A model generated the notes under the pieces. It did not search any database. It was given only the letters and a program-made list of their open reading frames with translations, and was not told the origin of the DNA. A DNA stretch of 44,921 nt from Octopus bimaculoides (lineage: Eukaryota): NCBI RefSeq assembly GCF_001194135.2, contig NC_068999.1, positions 7,350,776 through 7,395,696 of the forward strand. The letters are read 5' to 3'. Shown here piece after piece: positions 24,318 through 35,100 of this stretch (position 1 is the first letter of the stretch; each line of letters begins with the position of its first letter). The position numbers were made by a program, and so were the translations under genes.

Positions 24318-24711
24318 GGCGTAGGAGTGGCTGTGTGGTAAGTAGCTAGCTTACCAACCACATGGTCCCAGGTTCAGTCCCACTGCGTGGAATCTTGGGC
24401 AAGTGTCTTCTACTATAGCCTCGGGCCGACCAAAGCCTTGTGAGTGGATTTGGTAGACGGAAACTGAAAGAATCCCGTCGTATATATGTATATATGTATA
24501 TGTATGTGTGTGTTTGTCCCCCCAACATCGCTTGACAACCGATGCTGGTGTGTTTATGTCCTCGTAACTTAGCGGTTCTGCAAAAGAGATCGATAGAATA
24601 AGTAATAGGCTTCTAAAGAATAAGTCCTGGGGTCGATTTGCTTGACTAAAAGGCGGTGCTCCAGCATGGCCACAGTCAAAAAGACTGAAACAAGTAAAAG
24701 AGTAAAAGAGT
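24318..24711 (+). mobile_element. Family A SINE, full length
   Basis: A-box TGGCTGTGTGG, B-box GGTTCAGTCC, CORE-like TCTTGGGCAAGTGTCTTC, internal (TA/TG)n, (AGTAAAAG)2 tail. Confidence 0.93.
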
Positions 24712-25406
24712 ATATGTTCGTATGTATTTGGATGCATATCTATATGTGTATATAAGTTATTATACACGCACACAAACACACACATACGGCCACAGACATA
24801 TGAATGAGATTGTCAATATATATGTAGATATATCTGTACACATGCATGAATGGATACTTATATTTGCATACCTCCAGCAACATATTCACGCACTCAGACA
24901 AGCGCACAATACATGCACACACACACACACACGTATATATACACAGGCACACACACTCACACACGCATAAACACATGCAAATAAACATGCAGATACAAAC
25001 ACACACAGATATACGCATAAATTTGAAATATATTTTATATGCAAGAGCATCAATCCACTTTCTGCTTGCTTCTTTTCAACAAAAAACTGGATGGAAAGTT
25101 ATGCTAATAGAAGTGTCTTTCTTCACGATCCGTGTTGAAACAATATGCATACGGCGTACATAAATACAAACAAATCTAGATATACGGTTCTGTTGCTTCT
25201 GTTTCGTACCTTAACATAATAAGCAATAAGAATTCGTGATACATTTATCTATTTGGCTTAGGGTATAAGACGAATAAATGTCTATTTGTTGCAACTGTGA
25301 TATTAACGTACGAATACATCGTATAATATAAGTATGATAGTTATAAATATCACGATAACATTTGTTATAAAGGTCACAGCAGCAACAAATATTCCAATAG
25401 ATAATA

Positions 25407-25628
25407 TTGGGTTGGTGCATAATTATTGCGGCTTTTTTTAAACAAATTTTATTCAACAAAAACAATAACAATATTTAACAAAAACATCTTTAAATGGCGG
25501 TCTGACCGTCTGCCAAGCAAATGGGAAGCAGTAATTGAAGTAGATGGTGAATATGCTCCAGAATAATAATTTAAAGGTGTTTTGTTACATGTTATTGTTT
25601 TTGCTGAATAAAATTTGTTGAAAAAAGC
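25407..25628 (+). mobile_element. Mariner-derived MITE with Hsmar1/MADE-like TIR; right TIR truncated
   Basis: TA + TTGGGTTGGTGCATAATTATTGCGG; subterminal inverted repeats about 25431-25470 and 25590-25628; transposase C-terminal remnant FKWRSDRLPSKWEAVIEVDGEYAPE* at 25489-25566. Confidence 0.85.
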
Positions 25629-26331
25629 AATGGGGTCAATAATAATATCTCTAATACTCCGGTGGTCAACATCCACAAATCTACACGCACATCCCCACAT
25701 TCACAAATACAGACGCGCACAAATACACACATACATACACACATATACTCACACACAAATACAAACACACTCACACACACAAGCACACACAAACACGCAC
25801 ACAAACAAACAAACAAAGACACTCACACGCATGCACACACACACACGCAAACACACACACGCACACACACAAACACATACAAACACGCACACAAACAAAC
25901 AAACAAACAAAGACACTCACACGCATGCACACACACACAAACACACCCACAAACAAACACATACATAACTTACGCATGAGCATAAACATATACACGGCTG
26001 CGAGCGTGTACAAAAATAAAGGAGGAAGAACCTAATTAAAAATATTTCCAATTAATACTGTTTTGGCAATGATCAGAACTTTTTTTTAAAATTAAAAAAG
26101 GCCGATCGAACTATACGCTTACAGTATATACCGTAGACATAATTTTGTTATGTCTGCTTTAAAATAGAATTTCTGTACTGTGAAACTCTGGTATAATATA
26201 GTAGATTAAATTTTCTATATAAAGATTTTTCTCAAGATTGGCTGTGAGTGAAGACGCTGAATCAGTCTTTTAGTTGAACGTCCAAGGAAGTGGGGGAGAA
26301 ATAGGAAAATTTGATGTTTGTAAGTCTAGTA

Positions 26332-26815
26332 CGTGTATCGTCTGAAGAGTTCATAGGCTGGCCAAGATGCTCTCGTAGAATGTAACCAAATAAGGTTTAT
26401 TTTTCAACGTTGTCCTTTTTACAGTTCACACATCTCTTCCATCGGTGTTGCAGTGTTGTGATCCCACTGGTGAAGAAGCCTTCAGCCTGTTGCTCAAAAA
26501 AGTCATCAGCATCAAATATGACGTCATTACTACGATACTGGTTCCCAGCTAGGTGCCTTTTTCATGCTGGGGAATATTTGATAGATGAAACCAAATCAGG
26601 AGAATAGAGAAGGTGATCAACAGCCAACGAAACCAACAGCTTGTGTGCTGGAGCGTTGTCCCGATGAAACAAGACTTCTTTCGTCAGTTTTCCTGGCCTT
26701 TGGTCTTTCATAACTGCTTCAGCAAGTTAGCATAATACTCTCCATTGGTAGTGTGGCCCTTCTGAAGATAGACAACAACTCAATGTCTTTGGCGTTCTTC
26801 GGAACAGGCGAGGAG
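26332..26815 (-). mobile_element. Decayed mariner transposase C-terminal half with 3' TIR
   Basis: With frameshifts: YLQKGHTTNGEYYANLLKQL...PGKLTKEVLFHRDNAPAH...YSPDL...HLAGNQYRSND...LQHRWKRCVNCKKDNVEK* (stop at 26397-99); TA + CGTGTATCGTCTGAAGAGTTCATAGGCTG end. Confidence 0.92.
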
Positions 26816-26855
26816 TTGTGTTACCTATATTTGTATTATACATGCGCTTATATAT

Positions 26856-26897
<42 letters not shown>

Positions 26898-27660
26898 CAT
26901 ACATATACAAAGTTATATATGTGTATGTTATTTGTTGTAGATGTATATTTGAATATATTTACAATATTTTCAGACATATTTATTAGACGAGAAATATTTA
27001 ATAAAAATTTTTATTTACACTCTTATACTGTAAAAATAAACAACAGAATCAAAATATACTTAAAAGAACATCATTGAATATATTTGAAAAAAAAAAAAAC
27101 TCCCAAAAAGTTGAAGTGTCTTCTTCATTCTTTCGGAATTTATATTTATTTATTGGATTCTATTTCCAAAGCTCTTTCAAACTTTGTAGTTTTTAATTTA
27201 CATCTACTTGCTAAGTTTGAGAAAAAAAAAAACTTTTAAAAAGCCCAAGAAATAAACTCGACAAATATGATTTACTTTTAATTGTTACCTATATTTGTAT
27301 TATACATGCGCTTAATATAAGAACATTTTTATAACGTACAAATGTACGTAGGATGTTATAATGAAAACTAAGAAATTATTTGATGATTTTGTTTTATAGA
27401 TACGGTTTAGAAACGTGTATATTTGTACCTGTAAGAAAAGACGATATGGTGACACCGGGAATCTGTTATATTAGATGTCAGCATTATAAGAGTTAACATG
27501 GGGGGGGGGGGCTAAAGAAAAAAAAAANNNNNNNNNNACATGGGGGGGGGGGGCTAAAGAAAAAAAAAATAAATAAAAGAAAAATACATTAGATAATCTT
27601 ATCAAATGCCAGGATGGTCTTGGTTGGAATGCTTTTCAACCCTCATTTGCTCAATCAACT

Positions 27661-27995
27661 TTAACTCTTTTCCTACCATATTCCTGCTCACGTTTCCGTT
27701 AATTTTATAATGTAATGAAAATATTAAGTTGATGTTTCACACAAAAATTAACATATAATTCTAATGAAAAGTATTTAGATCATTTTAACTGTTTTGTTAC
27801 CATACTCCTGTTGAATTACATTGATTTTGTTTCAATTAATTTCATTTCGAAAATAATGAATAATTTATTAAGTAAATTAATTTTGTCGTTATTAACTAGA
27901 TTTTGATGGAAGGCTATGAGTTTAGATCACTTTAAAACAAAAAGCTTGTGCCATAAAATCAAAGGCAGCCCGAAGCAGTTTCGTATCAAAATGGT
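27661..27995. mobile_element. Two adjacent degenerate piggyBac-like MITE copies (27661-27788 partial, 27785-27995)
   Basis: Both start TTAAC-x-x-TTTT-x-x-TACCATA and share TTTAGATCA; similar to 28212-28423. Confidence 0.6.
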
Positions 27996-28214
27996 ACGCT
28001 TGCACTTAGTGATTAAGGAAATGTAGAAATATAGAAGTGTTACGATGAAAGGCTTTTAATGTGAGGAATGCACGAATAAAGAGGGTTTTCTCAGCATTAC
28101 TCCGATGGGAGAACTACCCCTTCTAGCAGACAGCAGTATGATAGTTGAAGCAATTAAGGATATGAAGGTAGGGAAAAGTTCCTGACCCATCAAGAACTGC
28201 TGCTGTGATGCTTA
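27993..28214 (+). mobile_element. RTE-clade LINE ORF fragment, region just upstream of RT, decayed
   Basis: GTLALSD*GNVEI*KCYDERL...DSSMIVEAIKDMKVGKSS*P-SRTAAVML matches the RTE motif AIKxMKxGKAPGPxGIxAEMLK. Confidence 0.75.
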
Positions 28215-28423
28215 ACCGTTTTGTTACCATAATTTTTGTTAAAATACATTGCTTTTGTTTCGCTTAATTTTCGAAATAAATGAAGAATCTAGTAAAATCA
28301 ATTTGTTGGAACATAAATTAACAGGAAATTCTGATAGGTTTCAATTTAGATCACTTAAACCACAATTTTTTTTTTATCACAGAATCAAAGTTGGTCTCAG
28401 ACAGTTGGTATCCAAAGGGTTGA
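28212..28423. mobile_element. piggyBac-like MITE
   Basis: TTAA-CCGTTTTGTTACC ... GGTATCCAAAGGG-TTGA: short TIRs with CC(C)/GGG ends and a TTAA-type target. Confidence 0.65.
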
Positions 28424-28567
28424 ACTAAGATTAAGTAACTACAGTAAAACTATTCTGGAATATGCACTGTGATTTTATAGAGTAGATTTAAGAAGTTTCC
28501 ATTTCTGTTAGTAGTTGTATTATTTCTCAGAGAGAAAGCCACGTGTACCACAAGATATCACCGTTTC

Positions 28568-28628
28568 ATTTTCGTTGCGTCTTGCAACATTTTTAACTAT
28601 TGAAAAGGTTGCAAGCCGCAACGAAAAT
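28568..28628. repeat. 61-nt hairpin with a 21-bp stem and one mismatch
   Basis: ATTTTCGTTGCGTCTTGCAAC (28568-88) pairs with GTTGCAAGCCGCAACGAAAAT (28608-28). Confidence 0.92.
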
Positions 28629-28859
28629 TTTAGGAAAATAAAAAAAAAGAAAGAAGTGGAAATTTTACCGGTGAGTGTGTTAAATTATAAGGCACCAAAA
28701 GAGAATGACTCTCCCCAGACACAACAGAATATGCTTCAACACACGAAACCACACGAATCTTGCAAACTAAATCCGAAAACGAAATAAATATAGCATTAGA
28801 GTTGCATGGGTTAATGGAACGAATTTCACTCAAGCTCTAACTGACTGTGTTTTATGAAG

Positions 28860-28955
28860 AAAGAGTCTAGAAGAGATACAAAGAAAGAGAGGTAGAGAGA
28901 AAATTCGTGAGAGGCAGACAGTGAGAAAGAAAGAGAGAAAAGGAAAGAAAAAGAA

Positions 28956-28997
<42 letters not shown>

Positions 28998-29200
28998 ATA
29001 GAAAGAGGGAAAGAAAGAGAAAACGCGATATATATATAGTGAGATTGTGTATGTGTGCATATGTATATCTATGTGTGTGTGAGAGAGAGAAAGAGGGAGA
29101 GAAAGGGACAAAGAGAAAGGTATATAGACAGACACTGTATGCGTTTGTGAGAAAGACTAAGAGAGAGACCGAAAGAGGGAGGCAGAAGAAACTAAAATGA
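28860..29200. repeat. GA-rich low-complexity tract
   Basis: Direct reading. Confidence 0.9.
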
Positions 29201-29761
29201 ATGAAAAAAAAAATCCATGTAATTTTGCAATTTAATATAGATTCTCTCCTTTTTCTTTTGTAGGTTTAGCTAAATGGGATTTGGAGAAATATTTCATGTT
29301 TAGAATATTTAATTCAATCGCATTATGGTGGAGAAAATAAAACCAAAATAACAAAGGAGAAACACTTCTGTCTCGTTATGAAATTCACTTCTGGCTGTAT
29401 TTTTTAAAATATCAATTTCCTTTCTTCATAAGAGAATTTTCTCACTTAATTGATTATCATTTGTCTGAACTGTTTCTTGAACGTAATGAAGAAACTTAGG
29501 TACAGTAATAAGTTATCACGTCTTAAAATAGTCTCTGATATCATAACTTTGAATATAGATAGACTCAGGCAGTTTTCTGTTTGCAAGCTGTTCCCATTAA
29601 ATTCGAAGTTTTTCAGTTGAATTATCTCAGGGACTCCGACAAAAGATATGGTGTCTCGCAATTTCTGTCACGCTAGTAGAGACGAGAAATTTACACTTAA
29701 ATTATAATCACTCGTTTGTACCTTTTTTTTTTTTTTTAGTGAAATGAGTATTAAATATACA

Positions 29762-29998
29762 CTCGGGCGGTGAGCTGGCAGAATCGTTAGCACGCCGGGC
29801 GAAATGCTTAGCGATATTTCATCTGCCGTTACGTTCTGCGTTCAAATTCCGCCGATGTTGACTTTAAGTTTTATTCTTTCGGTGTCGATTAAATAAGTAC
29901 CAGCTATGCACTGGGGTCGATGTAACCGATTTAATCCCTTTGTCTGTTCTTGTTTATCCCCTCTGAGTTTAGGCCCCTGTGGGCAATAAAGAAATAAA
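29762..29998 (+). mobile_element. Family E SINE, full length, with 13-bp TSD
   Basis: GGCGGTGAGCTGGCAGAATCGTTAGC head; TSD TATTAAATATACA at 29749-29761 and 29999-30011. Confidence 0.92.
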
Positions 29999-31325
29999 TA
30001 TTAAATATACAGAAACTGTACCAATTCTCTGTCGTGTTATCATGCGTGAACAATTATTCTTGTTTTGTACATGGAATTTCCTACTCACCTTTAATTAATT
30101 AAATCACAGAAGAAAATAATGAAATTAATAACGTTAAGAACTAACAGCTGACGGCCTTTTTGGTAAAGATTTAGGGCTGCTTGTTAAGTTTTTGTTTGTG
30201 TATCTATAATATATTGCCACATGTGGAATAAGGATTATGTTTCCGCTTGATTTTGCTGGAAGTAGATTTATTTCTCATTTATTTGCGGCTTAGAAGTTGT
30301 GCATAGGATCAATGTATTCTTGTATTCTTGCGATTCTCAAAACAATTAACTGAACTTCTTTGGTATCAGAAGAATCAAATACAGAAAATAATAATAATAA
30401 TCTGAAGAAGCAGTAAAAAAAAAAGATGTCTTGCAGCGTTGTATGAATTGAATCTAATTTGACATGCTAGCTGGATGGCTTATAGAAACTATGCAAAACC
30501 CGTTCACAGGAGAATCAAAACTGATTTGTAAATAACTGGATCTTCTGAACGAACGAATCAACCCCATAATAACAAACAATTCTATTGTCCGAAACTGCAT
30601 CGTATAAATAATAAAAGAAAATTTAATTTCCTTCAAAATCCTCATTATATTGTGGGTTTCATATCTCAAGTTTTATGAGATATCTCATATATATAATGTA
30701 CTATTAACGATATTATTTCTTCGTAAATAATATCTGATTTTTACATTTCGATAGAGCAATGACATTCTACTTCTAGTTGAAATGCCTATACACCACAGAA
30801 AATCTCTTAGAATTCGGTGCTAATTCGTTTCTTCATAGACGTACTGGAAGTTAAAGTTTATAGGAATTCCATAATCTTGGGAATAATGACAACATTTTGA
30901 CACTATCTCTCTTATATCATATTTCTATTGTTAGAAAGAGTTAGAATTATAATTGTTCCACATATAGTAATATAAATGGAAATAGCTCATACAATGCTGA
31001 AACGTGTGTACAAGAAGATATAAATATATATTATTGTAAAAATCGTGTGTAAAGAAACCGAATATGAAAAAAAGAACAAGTCAACTAGGTATATACGTGT
31101 GGAATATTATACTATTTCGGTTTAGAAATAGCTGAGCATTATTTAAGAACTACAAATAGAGAAACGCGTGCAGACATCAGAGTAAGTTCCAGGAAACTCT
31201 ACACTATATACATTATCCTGTTCGTCTTGCCCGCTGATAGCTTTTTTCGTATCAAGGTGAATTAGAGATGTTTCATTAAAGCATCTATTTTGTTATGCAA
31301 GGAAATAGTCATTTCTATCTCCTTC

Positions 31326-31368
<43 letters not shown>

Positions 31369-31619
31369 GTGTAGAGTTAGCGGTTATAATAATCGATTAA
31401 GGGATAAAATATCCGTATGTAAAAATCGGTATCCGTTACCAGTGATCACCGGGCATTGGTGTGCTCAAACAGTTCTCCAAAATTCCAGGTTTTGTGTCTA
31501 CAGTAGAAGAGAACATATTTAACATTTATGTAAATGCATTGTCGTTACTTCAGTTTTCTTGATATCACTTCTGGCTACGACGACTCATGATTGAAGACCT
31601 TCCGACAACGACAAGTCAT

Positions 31620-31735
31620 AATCGGCTCATGGTTATAGTAGAAGACATTTACTCTACGATTCGCGCAGTAGGACTGAAACTGAATCCTCATAGATGCTTA
31701 GCAAACTCCTTAACCACCGAGCCATGCTCGCACCA
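31620..31735 (-). mobile_element. Degenerate family A-like SINE head
   Basis: GTTATAGTAGAAGACATTT...GCGCAGTAGGACTGAAAC...AACCACCGAGCCATG. Confidence 0.6.
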
Positions 31736-32255
31736 AGTTTCTTAACCATGCAGGGCTTCTTAACCATTCAAGTATTCCCAGGTATTGATTTTATAGATAC
31801 ACCGTGAGGCAAAACCCAACTCCACCATCACCATTCTTATCATTTTTCATTTTGAAATACGTATGGAATGATAAAATATCCAGACTCTACGGAAGAATGT
31901 TATGAAATAGTTCTAATCTTCTTACAAAAGGAAGTTAATGGAAATCTTCGAAGATAGATATTGGTAATATTCCTGGTTGAGAAGAACTTCAAGAAATGTG
32001 TCCAATTCCTATAATTTATTGATTTGTACTAAACGGCAACTGGCTTAATACATTGAGTAAAGAAAGGAGACTGTGCGCGGCTGCTCAATTTGCTAGATAT
32101 AGTACACAACTTCGTCTGAAATTTTGTCATGTTGTCTTATAAGACGAGAAACATTTTGACGAACGCAGCCAACGATATATACTAAGAAAATATGCAATTT
32201 TCATGTCTGGAACTCTTTTGATCACTTGACTTAAAAAGAGTTGATCGGAGGCTAT

Positions 32256-32300
<45 letters not shown>
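32256..32300. repeat. (AAC)n microsatellite
   Basis: Direct reading. Confidence 0.95.
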
Positions 32301-32376
32301 GAAACAACCACAATGCTTACCAATCTTCGGGTAGGTTTCACTGTGGTGTTTATTCTGTTATATGTATTCTCCCAGA

Positions 32377-32766
32377 GTGGAAGCACAATGGCCCAGTGGT
32401 TAGGGCAGCGGACTCGCGGTCATAGGATCGCGGTTTCGATTCCCAGACCGGGCGTTGTGAGTGTTTATTGAGCGAAAACACCTAAAGCTCCACGAGGCTC
32501 CGGCAGGGGATTGTGGCGAACCCTGCTGTACTCTTTCACCACAACTTTCTCTCACTCTTACTTCCTGTTTCTGTTGTGCTTGTAATTCAAAGGGTCAGCC
32601 TTGTCACACTGTGTCACGCTGAATATCCCCGAGAACTATGTTAAGGGTACAAGTGTCTGTGGAGTGCTCAGCCACTTGCACGTTAATTTCACGAGCAGGC
32701 TGTTCCGTTGATCGGATCAACTGGAACCCTCGACGTCGTAAGCGACGGAGTGCCAACAACAATAAC
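32377..32766 (+). mobile_element. Family D SINE, full length, with 13-bp TSD
   Basis: A-box TGGCCCAGTGG, B-box GTTTCGATTCC, (AAC) tail; TSD GTATTCTCCCAGA at 32364-32376 and 32767-32779. Confidence 0.93.
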
Positions 32767-33429
32767 GTATTCTCCCAGAAAGCACAGCTTTCTCAGTTGT
32801 TTCATCGTCTTTGAACATTTTCCATGCAGATGTTTAGAACAATCGTGCAAACAACTGCATGATGAAGTTACTGGATTGTCAATGAAAATTATATCCGAAT
32901 TCTTTTTAGGATTTCTTCCAGGCGTTACCCATCATTCTCGTGTTTGGCCGAAACGCTTTATTCATTGTCTTTGTCAACCGTTTCAAACTACATTCGTTTA
33001 CCTTCGTACGTCCGCCCTATATTATCTTGTTTGCTCGAGCCCTATCTCTACGCAAATCTTGCGGGTGCCGCCGATATACGAAGTTCTCAGTCTTATCGTG
33101 AAAGGCTCCAAACTTTGAGTATTAGTAATTTTCGGTCGATAACTGATGAAGAATTACGTTCCTTCTGTGTCTGTTCTACGTGTACGTTCTGTAGTAGTTA
33201 ATGCATTTGTAATTATACATATATGTTTGTGTGTGTGTGTGTGTGTGTTCATGCATATATGTATATGCATAATTTGGGCTTCCACATAATTTCTCGCTGC
33301 GTAATTCTCGATGCCGTGCATCGAAAGGGAACCATATGGCTGCAAAGCGATCTTCTCAAGCATTTCTGCGTTTAAATAAATTTATTTTAATATAGAAGTA
33401 TTTATGGAATACGTTTCCCACGACATATC

Positions 33430-33775
33430 TCAATGGACTGCAGTCATGTTGGGGGAACCGCTTTGAGATGTTTTAGTTGAACAAAGGGACACCAGTACTT
33501 ACCCCCCCACACTTTTTGAAGCTTGATATGTACTGCATCGGTGTTTTTAGCTGAATGCTAAGTTACGGAAAGGGAAACAAAACAACACTTATGTCAAGCG
33601 GTGCTGCTTGACGAACAGGAACACCAAGACATACATACACACGCACACATGCACACGCATACATATACATGCACACGTGAACACACACGCACACTCACAT
33701 ATATACACACAAATATACACACTCCCACACAAATATATGTAGGACGGTCCTTTTTCCGTCTACCAAATCCACCCT
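33430..33775 (-). mobile_element. Old degenerate family A SINE
   Basis: GGACTGCAGTCATGTTGG...GCTAAGTTACGG...TGTCAAGCGGTG...(CA)n...TTCCGTCTACCAAATCCAC. Confidence 0.7.
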
Positions 33776-33779
33776 AGCG

Positions 33780-33931
33780 AAAGAGAGAGGGAGGAAGAGA
33801 GACGGGAGGAAAGGGAGCAAAGCTGAGCGAGACGAAGAGAAAGTTAGAGGAATACAGAAGGATAGGGAGAGACAGAGGGAGAACAGGAGGAAGAGAGAGG
33901 AACAGAAAGCGAGAGTGGACGAGTGAGAAAG

Positions 33932-34015
<84 letters not shown>

Positions 34016-34055
34016 TATGGAAGAGTGAGCAAGAAGCAGAGTGAGAGAGAGAAAA
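33780..34055. repeat. (GA)n and GA-rich tract
   Basis: Direct reading. Confidence 0.92.
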
Positions 34056-34601
34056 GCGCCACCATTTTGAACATTATAAATGTTTTCCTTTGCCAATAGA
34101 AACCTGTTTATTTTTATTATTAGTTTATACAAGATACGCTAAACAGATAATATTCACTTAATAAAGACGAAGACCGTAGCTAATTTATTAAGTTCTCCTC
34201 TGTTATTATCGGGATTTATATCTCTGCAACGTTCTACATATTTAAATAAGGCTTGCTTCACACGAACCAATTCTTCCGTTGCAACCAATATCTACGGCAC
34301 CGAGGACGAACTCAGTAAACTGTAAAAGCAAAGATTATTAATCGATGAAAGCTCTGTTGAAGTTATAGTTCCAAGGTGACAAAATCAATCACACGCAGTT
34401 GCTACTTCTAACAGAATTACTCAACAGTCTGAAACAGGGAGAAGATCGAAGACTAATAACATGTGGTATTTCAATATAAATGTAATATTTATCGTACTTT
34501 GATGAAACGTTTGGCAACTTCCCAAAGCGCTGCATTAAATGACAATATCACAACAAAAACAACAAAATAAAGTTTTAATTAGCTTAAGCATTAATAGAAC
34601 A

Positions 34602-34982
34602 GGCGCTGGCGTGGCTGTGTGGTATGTAGCGAGCTTACCAAACACATGGTTCCGGGTTCAGTCCCGCTGCGTGGCACTTTGGGCAAGTGTCTTCTACTAT
34701 AACCTCGGGCCGACCAAAGCCTTGTGAGTGGATTTGGTAGACGGAAACTGAAAGGACATAGTCATATATATATATGTATATATGCTTGTGTTTGTCCCCC
34801 GCCGTCATCGCTTGACAACCGATGCTGGTGTGTTTGCGTCCTCATAACATAGCGGTTCGGCAATAGAAACTGATAGAGTAAGTGCTAGGCTTACAAAGCG
34901 TAAGTCCTGGGATGGACTTGCTCTACTAAAAGTGGTGCTCCAGCATGGCCGCAGTCCAATGACTGAAACAAATAAAAGAATA
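34602..34982 (+). mobile_element. Family A SINE, full length
   Basis: GGCGCTGGCGTGGCTGTGTGG head, GGTTCAGTCC, CORE-like block, tail GCATGGCCGCAGTCCAATGACTGAAACAAATAAAAG. Confidence 0.9.
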
Positions 34983-35024
34983 GATTTAAAGATGTATATA
35001 TATATGTGTGTGTGTGTGTGTGTG

Positions 35025-35100
35025 AGTCGGGCTCACAATCATGAGGATTGAGTTCGATTCCCGGACGGAATGTGGGCTTTGTTCTTGAGCGGAAGGACTC
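35025..35100 (+). mobile_element. Degenerate family C-like SINE head
   Basis: GGCTCACAATCATGAGGATTGAGTTCGATTCCCGG...TTGTTCTTGAGCGGA. Confidence 0.5.

Noticed and set aside
27497-27568. ACATG(G)nCTAAAG(A)n duplicated across the 10-N gap
   Set aside because: Unmerged contig overlap at homopolymers
29446-29661. LRR-like stretch VPEIIQLKNFEFNGNSL
   Set aside because: Single imperfect repeat, no good donor, no neighbouring LRR exons
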